A DNA stretch of 64,000 bases from Eubacteriales bacterium (lineage in GTDB: Bacteria; Bacillota; Clostridia; Oscillospirales; CAG-272), in contig JBGVPY010000022.1 of NCBI GenBank assembly GCA_045127235.1, forward strand, positions 264 to 64,263, read 5' to 3'. This document shows, in pieces, positions 16,638 through 26,272 of the stretch. The position numbers and the translations under genes are program-made. The notes under the pieces are model-generated. The model worked only from the letters and a program-made list of their open reading frames with translations, made no database searches and was not told where the DNA came from. Position 1 is the stretch's first letter; the number at the start of each line of letters is the position of its first letter.

Positions 16638-17489
16638 ATGGCAAGCTTTACTAATCAAGCACAGTTGACTTACAGAGATACTGTTACCAACTCAAATATT
16701 GCAGTTGGCGAGGTTTTAGAGGTGCTTTCTGTAAGCAAAACTGCTGTTTCAAATATATATAGCTCTAATGATACTGTAACCTATATTGTAAGCATTGTTA
16801 ATACAGGTGCAACTGCTATTACAGGGCTTACCTTAAATGATAACTTAGGCGCGTATTCATCAACCGTTGGTACACTTGTTCCTCTTACCTATACTGATGG
16901 AACAATTAGATATTATGTCAATGGTGTCTTGCAGCCTGCTCCTACGGTTAGTGCAGTTGGAGATTTAACAATAAACGGTATTTCCGTTCCTGCAAATGGT
17001 AATGCTACCTTAGTTTATGAGGTATCTACAAATGAATTTGCTCCGCTATCCCTTGACTCTACGATTACAAATACCGCCACAGTATTAGGAAACGGCTTTA
17101 CTCCCGTTACAGATGATGAAACAATTACTGTTGCAAGTGCGCCAAGCTTAACAATTACTAAGTCAATTAGTCCAGTGCCTGTAAATGATAACGGTGTTGT
17201 AACATACACATTTGTTATTCAAAATACAGGTAATACTCCTGTTGTGGCAACAGATAATTCATTTATTACAGATTTATTTGACCCAACACTTTCTAATGTA
17301 AGCGCAACATTCAACGGCGCATTATGGACCGAGGGCACAGATTACAACTATACTGAGGCTACCGGCTTATTTGAGAGCGTGGCAGGAAGTATTACTGTAC
17401 CTGCTGCAACATTTACTCAAGACCCAATAACAGGTGCTTGGAATGTTACTCCTGGCACATCTACTGTTGTAGTTACCGGTACAATATAG
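16638..17489 (+). CDS. DUF11-like repeat (beta-sandwich) protein without signal peptide
   Basis: 283 aa, rich in T/N/V/S. Two similar halves: SVSKTAV...YIVSIVNTGATAITG and TITKSISP...YTFVIQNTGNTPV. N-terminus is MASFTNQAQLTY. Confidence 0.5.
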   Translation: MASFTNQAQLTYRDTVTNSNIAVGEVLEVLSVSKTAVSNIYSSNDTVTYIVSIVNTGATAITGLTLNDNLGAYSSTVGTLVPLTYTDGTIRYYVNGVLQPAPTVSAVGDLTINGISVPANGNATLVYEVSTNEFAPLSLDSTITNTATVLGNGFTPVTDDETITVASAPSLTITKSISPVPVNDNGVVTYTFVIQNTGNTPVVATDNSFITDLFDPTLSNVSATFNGALWTEGTDYNYTEATGLFESVAGSITVPAATFTQDPITGAWNVTPGTSTVVVTGTI

Positions 17490-17493
17490 CTTT

Positions 17494-17535
17494 AAATCGT
17501 TATACAGGCTTATGTCTGTATAACGATTTTTTATT
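17494..17535 (+). terminator. Intrinsic terminator
   Basis: aaatcgttatacag / ctgtataacgattt stem followed by a T-run. Confidence 0.7.
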
Positions 17536-17598
17536 TTGGTATTGAATTATGCTTTGATTTAAGGTATAATTTTACTATACTTTTTCAAGGAGCGTATT

Positions 17599-19653
17599 AT
17601 GAGAGTTTTTTCATGTAGCGATTTAAATTTAGAGATTGACACAGAAAATGGTGTTATTTCATCTCTTAAAATAAAAAATCGTGAGGTATGTGTAGATAAA
17701 TGCCCTATTTTTGTTATTAGACTTCGTGATTTAGAGGGAAAATGCTATTACATAAATTCTACTGAGGGAAAGCTACTTTCCATGGGTGGAGTTGGCTTTA
17801 TTTATGGTGGTTTTAGCGACACATATGGGGATATTTTTGTTACTGTAAGCGTTTTAGAGGGAGAAAACATTTCCTGGGGAATAGAAATTCAAGGTTTGTG
17901 CGATAAGTATGCTATTGAGTATGTAGAATTTCCTAAAATATGCTTACCCCGCTTAACCCAAAACGAAAAAAACGGTGGTAGAATTTTGTTTCCATATAAT
18001 GAGGGAATGATTGTTTCCGATGAGAAGCTACTGCCAAGATATGAGATGGAATTTCCTTCCTCGGGTGCTTACTTTATGTTTCCTAATATGGTATCATCTC
18101 AGTTTATGTCGTATTTATTTGAGGACTTTGGACTTTACATTGGCGCACATGATACAAAAAGAGCTTTAAAGGGAATTGATTTTTATCCTTATAATGACGG
18201 TCTTGCTTTGCAAATTCGTTTATATTCGGGTACTAACTATGGGGACGGATTTAAGACAGATTATCCTATTGTATGGCAGGTATCTTGCGGGGATTGGAGA
18301 GCAAGTGCGGAAATTTACAGAAGCTGGTTTGAGAAAAATTTACCATCTAATGTTGTGCCAACTAAGGAAAATAAGTGTTTGCCGAAATGGTATGAGGATA
18401 TGCCTTTAATTGTTACCTATCCTGTAAGGGGAATTTTTGATATGGACAAGATGGAGCCTAATCCTTTATTCCCTTATAAAAATGTATTGCCTATTTTTGA
18501 TAAAATCAAGAAGGAAACAAATTGCCGTTTAATGTCTCTACTTATGCATTGGGAGGGCACAGCACCTTGGGCTCCGCCTTATGTTTGGCCACCCTATGGC
18601 GGTATTGATATGTTTAATGAATTTAGAGACACACTACATAAAAACGGAGACTTGCTTGGAGTTTATTGCTCGGGATTTGGTTACACATTACGAAGCACCT
18701 TAATGGACTATGACTGTGAGCAAAAAATCAAGGATGAAAATGTTCTTGAGGGCGTATGCTGCTCTCCTGAAAATAAGCCTGAGCTTGGAAAAACCTGTAC
18801 GCCTTATCAAAGATATGGATATGATATTTGCCCTGCCTCTAAGCGTGGTCGTGAGATTATAAATGAGGGATTTAAGCCATTATTTGAAAGCGGTGTTGAC
18901 TATGCGCAAATACTTGACCAAAATCACGGTGGCGGTCAATATATGTGCTTTGCAAGAGAGCATAATCATCCACCTATGCCAGGCGAATGGATGACAACTA
19001 ATATGCAGGAGCTTTTATCACAATGGAACAAAGAAAATCCAAACATGATTTTTGGTTGTGAAAGCACTGCGGCTGAGCCATTTATTGGTAATCTTTTGAT
19101 GAGCGATAATAGATTTGAGCTTAACTATCCATTTGGAGACGTTGTGCCTCTGTTTGCATTTATTTATCACGAATATTTAAGAAACTTTATGGGAAATCAA
19201 TGCGGATGTCCCTTTGAGCCAAGCGTTGATACGTTAAGATACAGACTAGCTTACTCCTTCTCCATTGGAGATATGATGACTCTTATTTTAAATCCTCACG
19301 GTGGACTTATGAGCCATTGGGGTACACACGATTTTGAAAGTAAGCCTGATTTTGATTTAACACTTACATTTATTAAAAACGTTATGATGTTTTATAATAA
19401 TGAGGGCAAAAAGTACCTTTTCGGTGGCAAAATGAAAAACGCAAATACCATTGAATGTGATACTATTGAGATTCCGCTGTTTAGAGGGCGCAAGAGCGCG
19501 TCGTTGCCTAAGCTGCTCTCCTCTATATGGGAGACAGAGAGTGGCAAGAGTGCTTACATTGTGGTAAATCCTGAAAATGAAGATGTTAAGTTTAAAATTA
19601 ACAATGAGGAATTTACAATTAGCGGACTTAATGCAATTTTGATTGAGCGATAA
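17599..19653 (+). CDS. Hypothetical 684-aa cytoplasmic protein (possibly glycoside-hydrolase-like; function unassigned)
   Basis: Long ORF with RBS AAGGAG and no signal peptide. Trp/Tyr/Pro-rich segments such as HWEGTAPWAPPYVWPPYGG. No motif I can name. Confidence 0.5.
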   Translation: MRVFSCSDLNLEIDTENGVISSLKIKNREVCVDKCPIFVIRLRDLEGKCYYINSTEGKLLSMGGVGFIYGGFSDTYGDIFVTVSVLEGENISWGIEIQGLCDKYAIEYVEFPKICLPRLTQNEKNGGRILFPYNEGMIVSDEKLLPRYEMEFPSSGAYFMFPNMVSSQFMSYLFEDFGLYIGAHDTKRALKGIDFYPYNDGLALQIRLYSGTNYGDGFKTDYPIVWQVSCGDWRASAEIYRSWFEKNLPSNVVPTKENKCLPKWYEDMPLIVTYPVRGIFDMDKMEPNPLFPYKNVLPIFDKIKKETNCRLMSLLMHWEGTAPWAPPYVWPPYGGIDMFNEFRDTLHKNGDLLGVYCSGFGYTLRSTLMDYDCEQKIKDENVLEGVCCSPENKPELGKTCTPYQRYGYDICPASKRGREIINEGFKPLFESGVDYAQILDQNHGGGQYMCFAREHNHPPMPGEWMTTNMQELLSQWNKENPNMIFGCESTAAEPFIGNLLMSDNRFELNYPFGDVVPLFAFIYHEYLRNFMGNQCGCPFEPSVDTLRYRLAYSFSIGDMMTLILNPHGGLMSHWGTHDFESKPDFDLTLTFIKNVMMFYNNEGKKYLFGGKMKNANTIECDTIEIPLFRGRKSASLPKLLSSIWETESGKSAYIVVNPENEDVKFKINNEEFTISGLNAILIER

Positions 19654-19654
19654 A

Positions 19655-19700
19655 AATAAAGCAAATCGGTTGAGTTTTTGCCGATTTGCTTTATTTTTTG
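19655..19700 (+). terminator. Intrinsic terminator
   Basis: aaagcaaatcgg / ccgatttgcttt stem followed by TTTTTT. Confidence 0.7.
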
Positions 19701-19774
19701 GTATATTTTATATTATTATATGCGAATATGTTCATGTGTTTATTGTATTTTTGACATTTTTTGTTGGTTTTGGA

Positions 19775-19812
19775 GAAAAAAGAAGAATTTGCAATTTTGC
19801 AAATTCTTCTTT
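19775..19812 (-). terminator. Intrinsic terminator of the three-gene operon
   Basis: agaagaatttgcaa / ttgcaaattcttct perfect 14-nt arms with a T-run on the minus strand, directly after the 19816 stop. Confidence 0.7.
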
Positions 19813-19815
19813 TTA

Positions 19816-20898
19816 TTAGTTTTCTTCTGTTTCGTTTGTGTGATTATAGGTTTTGAAAATTTCCTTACACATATCGGCGTGGGCTTCGCAATCAAAAAAA
19901 TGTGCGATTTCCTCTTGCTGATCCTTTGGGAAAATGCGGTAGCGTTCTTGCGCTAAGGCATATTCTCTAAAGTACTCATACCATGAGTTATCAAGAAGCG
20001 ATTTACTTCTTTCGTTAAGCTCGGAAAGGAGTTTTGATGATTCGCTTTCGTTTGCTAAGCGAATTGATGGTCCATCAACTACTGTTGGAATAAATTCAAT
20101 ATCAAGAGATTTGTCTATTACGAGCTTGACCATAAGTCCCGTGTTCCACATATAGCCGCCGTCTTCTCCATTTTCAAACTTTTTAGAAACGAAGTGGAAG
20201 TTGCCTTGCCCGTAGAGAATGTGACCGTTTTGGAATTTCTCGTAGCAGCCGATGCAGTGGCTATGCTGACATAAAACAACGTCTGCGCCGTGCTTTACCA
20301 TGGCTCGGCATAGTTTTAAAAGCCTTGGGGATGGGTATCTGCAATCCTCTTTACCGCCGTGATAGATAACTATAACATAATCATTATTTTTCTTTGCTTC
20401 TAATATATCGTCGTTTGTGTCGTATGGGTCGTATTCTCTTGCACCCTCACGATTATCAAGAGCGTAGGTGTATTCATGCTCGCAAACTGCAATAACTGCT
20501 ATTTTGATTTTGCCGTCTGTTATAATTAAGTCCTTGCGGGCATCAACGTTGTTTTTGCCGTAGCCGGTATAGTTTATACCGTACTTTTTTAGTTCGTTTA
20601 TTGTGTCGCTAACGCCCAATTTACCAAAGTCAAAAATATGGTTGTTTGACAATATACAATCGGTAACGCCTGCATTTTTAAGAGTTTTTACTGTATTTAT
20701 GGGCGCGTTTAGGTTTGGACCGATTTTCTTTATTGGAGTGTTTTTGTCAGTAACAGCGCATTCTAAATTAACTATTACACGGTCAGATTTTTTAAATTCA
20801 TTTATTACGTCGTTAAAAAGCTTATTATGTTGACAGGTGTCAAATAGATTCCAACAATCCTCTTTTACGGATATGTCGCCGCCTATAATTAGTTTCAT
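19816..20898 (-). CDS. CapA/PGA_cap-type calcineurin-like metallophosphoesterase, cytoplasmic (no signal peptide or TM)
   Basis: Motifs in CapA order: IGGD, NLE, SNNHIFDFG, YHGGKE, QHSHC, GNFHF. RBS AAGGAG. Confidence 0.7.
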   Translation of the reverse strand: MKLIIGGDISVKEDCWNLFDTCQHNKLFNDVINEFKKSDRVIVNLECAVTDKNTPIKKIGPNLNAPINTVKTLKNAGVTDCILSNNHIFDFGKLGVSDTINELKKYGINYTGYGKNNVDARKDLIITDGKIKIAVIAVCEHEYTYALDNREGAREYDPYDTNDDILEAKKNNDYVIVIYHGGKEDCRYPSPRLLKLCRAMVKHGADVVLCQHSHCIGCYEKFQNGHILYGQGNFHFVSKKFENGEDGGYMWNTGLMVKLVIDKSLDIEFIPTVVDGPSIRLANESESSKLLSELNERSKSLLDNSWYEYFREYALAQERYRIFPKDQQEEIAHFFDCEAHADMCKEIFKTYNHTNETEEN

Positions 20899-20907
20899 AT
20901 TTGCTCC

Positions 20908-22101
20908 TTATAAAATAATTTCTTCCTTATCATTCGGTACATATACGTTATAATTCTTGAATACGTCCTTAAATTTTTCGGGTGTTTCTGTGTGCATTGG
21001 TATTATAATATCAGGCTTTGCTAAGTCAACAACGGATATTAAGTCTTTTCCAGATACATGCCCGCTTGTATGTAAATACTCCCATTTGTCAGTTAAATTT
21101 AAAAAATCCGGGATTGTGCTATTTGTTTTAGTGCGGTATCCGTCCCATAAGGAATATAGAATTATGCCTTGACTTTTGTCAAACTTTTTTATTATTTTTC
21201 TAAATTCACTGTTATCTCTAACGGTCATTAAAAAGCCTTTATCACGAAGCTTTTCGTATATGTTATCTCCGTATACAACTTTTTTGATGTTTTTATAGAA
21301 CGATGAATAGCTTTGATAATGCGTTTCAAATAAATCTAAAAGTTCATTTTGATATTTATCACAAACAAAATATTTGCCTTTAGGAACAGATTTTGATAAT
21401 GCACATATTCTTTCAAGGTAAGTTGTTGAACAAAATACATATACGTATTTATACTGTTTTAAATATTCTTTTACCTTTTGTTGAAGTTCAAATTCGGAAA
21501 TCAATGCACTCTCAGGTCGGGAAAGATTTGTTCCTTCTGTGATTAGCGCGTCAATTTTTCCTTTTTCGGCTAAGATTTTATTTATGATTTTCGGTATTGC
21601 TTTACCTCTAAATCCATGCAAACGAAAATCGCCTGTATATAAAACTCGTTTTCCCTCTGCTTCGATTAAAAACATATAGCTATCGCACGCGGAATGGTCA
21701 ATTGAATAGGGTGTGACACTAATATCTCCAAACAAAAGAGTTTGACCGCCCATAAATGTGTTTAACTTTTCTATTTTGCTACATAGCGCTTGATTTACAT
21801 TTATTGCTCTTTTAGCGCTTTTTAGCATTATTTCCTTTGCAAGAGCGCCTGAGTACATAGGAATATTGTCTAAAATTTGTGTCATTTGTCCTATGTGGTC
21901 TCCGTGGTAGTGAGTAAAAAGAACGCCATTACAAAATCCATTGTTGTTGGTTATTCCGTCAATACTTAAAGAGGCTTGAACATAGCTTGGTTCAAGGGAA
22001 AGCTCATCGCCCATGTCAATTAAAACACGTGAACTTTCGGTTGATATTTCCGTGGAAATACCGCCTATTTGATGTGTACCTCTATGTATAACAATTTTCA
22101 T
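20908..22101 (-). CDS. Metallo-beta-lactamase fold nuclease of the beta-CASP type (RNase J/CPSF/SNM1-like core)
   Basis: H64-Y-H-G-D-H69, SIDHSACD, YTGDFR, ITEGT, HTSGH, IPMHTE in canonical order. The start overlaps the upstream stop (TGATG). Confidence 0.7.
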   Translation of the reverse strand: MKIVIHRGTHQIGGISTEISTESSRVLIDMGDELSLEPSYVQASLSIDGITNNNGFCNGVLFTHYHGDHIGQMTQILDNIPMYSGALAKEIMLKSAKRAINVNQALCSKIEKLNTFMGGQTLLFGDISVTPYSIDHSACDSYMFLIEAEGKRVLYTGDFRLHGFRGKAIPKIINKILAEKGKIDALITEGTNLSRPESALISEFELQQKVKEYLKQYKYVYVFCSTTYLERICALSKSVPKGKYFVCDKYQNELLDLFETHYQSYSSFYKNIKKVVYGDNIYEKLRDKGFLMTVRDNSEFRKIIKKFDKSQGIILYSLWDGYRTKTNSTIPDFLNLTDKWEYLHTSGHVSGKDLISVVDLAKPDIIIPMHTETPEKFKDVFKNYNVYVPNDKEEIIL

Positions 22102-23051
22102 CAGTTTATTTTTTTCATTCTGTCAGAATATAGGCAATAACCCATATTTGATGAATTGGCAATGATAATAGGAAAACTATAATCTTGATTTTTGCTATCA
22201 TTGATAATATCTTCTAATACTTGACTATCAGGGTCATGATTGGCAAAAATAAATATTACCTCGGGATAGTTTGCGGTTATTTCAAATTTTTTTAATTGAT
22301 GAGATTGGATGCCGTCTACTAGCCCTAATTCACATTTTTGCTTAAATACCTCGGTCATATCTTTGCAAAAGAATTTCAGGTTTTCTTCATTGGCTAAAAA
22401 TCTATTAAAATCCTCTAAATGCTTATTAACTCCTGCATTATTTTTTAAAGCTCCGTCACCGTATTTCACTTCTATTAATGCTAAGGAAAGCGCATCTGAT
22501 TTTTTGCGCGAAGCCCCATCAGATAACCATTTTAACGCTACCATATCAAATCTGGCATTATTAGATTTATGCTCGTCGTTGCTTTCGCCTACGTTTTCAT
22601 ATTCTTGCTCAATTTCGTCGTCTATATCAAGCTTGTTTGCATACTCTATATCTATGATATAGTAATCGGTGCTTCTTGAAATTTTTCCGATATTATTATT
22701 TTCTCTGACTATAATTTGTTGAAATTCTCTTTCTAACTTAGGATGTTTTTTAAACCATAAATCCATAGCGTACTTATAAAGCGGTATATTTTCTATCGCT
22801 TCAACTACTGTCATAGGGGATTTTAGTTGTCTTTTTTGTCCTCTACAATAATTTTCGTTAAAGTAAATTTCACATTTATCTTTTTTATAAAAAACTTTAA
22901 AAAGGCTTCCGCCACGGTAGTAGATATTTGCAAAGCTACCTCGTAATTCAAGATCTAAGGTGTCATCTGCTTTTACAATATCTAACAAAGGTTTTAATTC
23001 GCCTTCTTTCAATGCGTTGTATAAGGTATCATTTAATTTTCTTTCGTTCAT
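22101..23051 (-). CDS. Hypothetical protein with PD-(D/E)xK nuclease-like signature
   Basis: 316 aa. RFD169MVAL ... LALIE194VK196YG, plus upstream acidic residues (EREFQQIIVRE). RBS AAGGAG. Visibly AT-rich. Confidence 0.5.
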   Translation of the reverse strand: MNERKLNDTLYNALKEGELKPLLDIVKADDTLDLELRGSFANIYYRGGSLFKVFYKKDKCEIYFNENYCRGQKRQLKSPMTVVEAIENIPLYKYAMDLWFKKHPKLEREFQQIIVRENNNIGKISRSTDYYIIDIEYANKLDIDDEIEQEYENVGESNDEHKSNNARFDMVALKWLSDGASRKKSDALSLALIEVKYGDGALKNNAGVNKHLEDFNRFLANEENLKFFCKDMTEVFKQKCELGLVDGIQSHQLKKFEITANYPEVIFIFANHDPDSQVLEDIINDSKNQDYSFPIIIANSSNMGYCLYSDRMKKIN

Positions 23052-23082
23052 ATTTTTGCTCCTTATTTACTTTTGCATTTAA

Positions 23083-23111
23083 ATTATACGTATGGTAAGT
23101 CTTTTCGTCAA
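23083..23111 (-). promoter_or_regulatory. Promoter TTGACG-17-TATAAT of the three-gene operon
   Basis: Reverse complement of 23106-23111 is TTGACG and of 23083-23088 is TATAAT, with an exact 17-nt spacer, about 30 nt upstream of the start codon. Confidence 0.65.
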
Positions 23112-23138
23112 ATATATTTTGTGCTAAACCGTAGACTT

Positions 23139-24011
23139 TTAAAGATTAACTAATACTATTGCCATTATACCTAAGATAAGGACGATTACATCTCTTTTAT
23201 CCATTTTTTCCTTGTACATAATGATGCTTAAAATAAGAGATATTAAAATTGAACCTACATTTAAAAGTGGGAATAAAACTGCACTGTCAAGGACACCTGC
23301 AAGGTAGGTATTCATTATATTACATAGAGAGAATATAACACCTACGATAAGAGCAGAGGACATTGATTTTCTTTTTAGAGATGGTTCGCCCTTCTTTAAA
23401 GCCAAGGATAGAATTACCGACAAAGTAAAGGCAATCAAGAATGATAAGAGAATAAATGCGTTTAGCTGATTTGCATACTTGGATTGTTGGTGAATTTTTT
23501 GCATAATACCAAGTCCGCCCGATGCAAGTAATGCTATTATTAGTGGAATGACAAAAAATTTTGAGGTCTGTTTATTTTCATGTTTTTTGGGACTTGTGCC
23601 TGAAATGATAAGTATAGGCAACAAAATAATTATTCCTAAATATCCAAAAATTGTAATTGTTTCATTCCAAAACAGTGTGCCAGATAACGTTGGCACAACA
23701 AATCCAAAGGAATATATTGTTGCACAAACTGCTGTTTTTCCTTGACTTAATGCTAAGGTGTAGCACCAAAGAGCGGCTACAAGCATAATGCCGTAGAAAA
23801 TCGAGCAAATTACGGTAAATTTTGATATGCCGTTAAAGCTTATTAAATTTGCTATGGCTAAAACTACACTTCCTGCGCCGAAAATTGATGCTTGAAGTAT
23901 AAAGAATTCTCGATTTTTAATATGATGTACGGAAAATCCTTTAATTAGCACATTTTTTGTTGCGCCAAAAAGGATGCTGCAAATTAAAATCAATGCTGTT
24001 ACTACTGTCAT
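23139..24011 (-). CDS. Integral membrane protein, ~10 TM, DMT/EamA-like
   Basis: 290 aa, two similar 5-TM halves. The start is 1 nt after the upstream stop. Confidence 0.5.
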   Translation of the reverse strand: MTVVTALILICSILFGATKNVLIKGFSVHHIKNREFFILQASIFGAGSVVLAIANLISFNGISKFTVICSIFYGIMLVAALWCYTLALSQGKTAVCATIYSFGFVVPTLSGTLFWNETITIFGYLGIIILLPILIISGTSPKKHENKQTSKFFVIPLIIALLASGGLGIMQKIHQQSKYANQLNAFILLSFLIAFTLSVILSLALKKGEPSLKRKSMSSALIVGVIFSLCNIMNTYLAGVLDSAVLFPLLNVGSILISLILSIIMYKEKMDKRDVIVLILGIMAIVLVNL

Positions 24012-24012
24012 T

Positions 24013-24708
24013 TTATTCTTGCTCCGGAATAATTAGCGTGTATGCGCCTTTACGAAGGGTTGCTACTAAATCTTGAGGGTTTTTAATGCGCTTTTCCGTC
24101 ATAATACCGCCGTATGCAACTCTATCTACTGAGTGGGCATCTGCGCTTGAGGTTTTTATAAGGTGTGGGTTTTCGTTTGCAAAATCTACTGCCTTTTGGT
24201 TCATTTCCTGTGTGCTATTTCCTCTGTTGTAAACCTCAACGCCGTCTATAAATTCAAGCGGTAAATGTCCCGGATTGGGGATGTAAAACGCCTCTCTAAA
24301 CGGGTGAGGTTGGATAAGTAATACTCCGTTTTGGCGTAAAATTTCCACCTTTCTTTCAGGGGTACAGTCTCTAAGCTCGGGGTTAGCATAAAGAATTTCA
24401 GGTGTTACGCCGTAGCAAAGAATTTCAAGACCCGGAATAAGCACCTCTTCAACGCTGAAAATGATGTCAAGGTCGTATTTTTTTGCTTCTTCTAAGCATG
24501 CAAGATAGTCCTTTTCATATGCGGATACAAAATTGTTCCAGGATAAGCTTCTGTCAACGCCTGAGTTTCCGTGGTAAAAGTGGTTTGTTAAAACTGTGCC
24601 TTGGTATCCTTTTTCGTACAGTGCTTCACATAGCTCGGCAGGGGACATTCTGCCACAGGCTGAGCAAGGGGATGTATGAATATGCATTTGATATTTATAG
24701 CTTGCCAT
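24013..24708 (-). CDS. PHP-domain metal-dependent phosphoesterase
   Basis: MHIHTSPCS N-terminal His motif, then HPFR and DAHS motifs. 231 aa. Confidence 0.7.
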   Translation of the reverse strand: MASYKYQMHIHTSPCSACGRMSPAELCEALYEKGYQGTVLTNHFYHGNSGVDRSLSWNNFVSAYEKDYLACLEEAKKYDLDIIFSVEEVLIPGLEILCYGVTPEILYANPELRDCTPERKVEILRQNGVLLIQPHPFREAFYIPNPGHLPLEFIDGVEVYNRGNSTQEMNQKAVDFANENPHLIKTSSADAHSVDRVAYGGIMTEKRIKNPQDLVATLRKGAYTLIIPEQE

Positions 24709-24760
24709 AATAATTTTCCTTTTTTATTTTATAAGTAGATTATACAACTAAATAAGAATA

Positions 24761-24816
24761 TTGTCAATCGTGGAAAGTGGAAAAATCAAGATTTTCCCAC
24801 AACCCATGCTAAAAAG
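24761..24816. repeat. Second copy of the TTGWCAAT..GGAAA / TTTCCCACAAC element
   Basis: ttgtcaatcgtggaaa...gattttcccacaacccatgctaaaaa parallels 14494-14612. Local hairpin gtggaaaaatc/gattttcccac. Confidence 0.4.
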
Positions 24817-24978
24817 CTTCCAACACGGAAAACGGGGTTTCCTACTTTGAAAGCTTTGCTACTACTGCTACTATCGCAAAAGCAAGCCAAAAGCTCCGCT
24901 TTTATGTAATTTTTATTATTTCGATTGATTTGTTTTTATCTATGTGCTATAATGTAAAAAAATCGCAAGGGGGATTTT

Positions 24979-25332
24979 ATGGATATTTCGGTGTTTGAAA
25001 AGCTACAACATAGCTTTATTATGGTGCGATTTTATCATACAACCGGTCACTACAATAAAGACGAATTAGATAAAGAAATTAAAAGTTTAAAACAGATAAA
25101 AGAACAATTTTCTTCGAATAATGATTACTCAATTCTAATATACTGCATAGATACATTATTTAATTGTCTAAATGAAGGAAATAATGAAAAAATATTTGAT
25201 TTTGCTGATGCTATACACAATATTCCTGAAATTTTTATTGATAAAAGAAGCTCAAAATCATTCAAATTAGATGTTAATATATTCAGAAACAAATATGGAA
25301 AAGAATATTTTTCCGATTTCTTTAATTTTTAA
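24979..25332 (+). CDS. Hypothetical protein (117 aa, AT-rich orphan)
   Basis: Strong RBS AAGGGGGA. No recognisable motif. Confidence 0.5.
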   Translation: MDISVFEKLQHSFIMVRFYHTTGHYNKDELDKEIKSLKQIKEQFSSNNDYSILIYCIDTLFNCLNEGNNEKIFDFADAIHNIPEIFIDKRSSKSFKLDVNIFRNKYGKEYFSDFFNF

Positions 25333-25375
25333 TAAAAAAATCTCTCCATTAGGCAGACCTAATGGAGAGATTTTT

Positions 25376-26200
25376 TTAGAATGTTACTGTTTCGCCAGGG
25401 TTTACTACGTATTTTTTGCCTTCGTGGATCATATATACGGGAAGCGCTGATGGGTTATATACCTTTGATCTATCCTGTGAGTAGATAAGATTACGATATG
25501 CTTCTACATATTCGTAAATTTCAATGTTGGTTGCGTACCAAACATCATCGCGGTTTGAAACCATTGAAACAAAGCCTTCCATACGGAGCCAGTCCTCTTC
25601 TGTTCTGAATTCGTAAGAGTGTCCCCATACATAAAAGAGCCATCCTGTGTATTTAAACCATTCCTTGCTGGGCTCGCCTGCTACGAATTTTTCTGCAAGC
25701 TCAAAAAGCTTATCATCGGCGTGGTGGCATGTTGCAGGGAGTCTTAGCCAATCGTATGTAACTTCAAAATTGTGTGTGGAATGTACTGTTCTTGAATATT
25801 TAATACCAGCTTTACCACAGATATCTACAACATTATCGTTATATGTACCAAATGGGTATGCCATACCTTGTACTATGGTGTCGGAAAGTGCTTCAAGGTT
25901 GGCTTTATCCTCAGTTATTTCCTGGGAAATAAGGTTACTTGGTAAAAGCTCTAAGCGTGGGTGTGTAACTGTGTGAACAGCTACCTCGTGTCCCTTATAG
26001 AGCTCCTTTACCTCAGTTTTAGAAATGTTGTTTGGCTTTCCATTTTCAGCGAAAATTTCACTATTTAAATTAAATGTACCTTTAACTCCGTATTTATTAA
26101 ATAATGCTACTAAGTCTCTATCCTTGATGTTTCCATCATCATAGCTGAAGGTTAATGCTTTTTCCTTCCAATTTGGATAACACATAAAATTGTTTGTCAT
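25376..26200 (-). CDS. Polysaccharide deacetylase (NodB homology, CE4)
   Basis: FSYDDG, HTVTHP, AYPFG motifs. 274 aa. Confidence 0.8.
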   Translation of the reverse strand: MTNNFMCYPNWKEKALTFSYDDGNIKDRDLVALFNKYGVKGTFNLNSEIFAENGKPNNISKTEVKELYKGHEVAVHTVTHPRLELLPSNLISQEITEDKANLEALSDTIVQGMAYPFGTYNDNVVDICGKAGIKYSRTVHSTHNFEVTYDWLRLPATCHHADDKLFELAEKFVAGEPSKEWFKYTGWLFYVWGHSYEFRTEEDWLRMEGFVSMVSNRDDVWYATNIEIYEYVEAYRNLIYSQDRSKVYNPSALPVYMIHEGKKYVVNPGETVTF

Positions 26201-26272
26201 AGTTTTTCCTTTCTTTATTTACACCTCATCCGTCAACAAAGTTGACCCCTTCTCCTCAAGTAGAAGGCTGTT

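Noticed and set aside
19678-19956. 92-aa + strand ORF after the 684-aa gene
   Set aside because: It spans two terminators and runs antisense into the CapA-like gene. Its Cys/Phe-rich nonsense composition comes from T-rich sequence.
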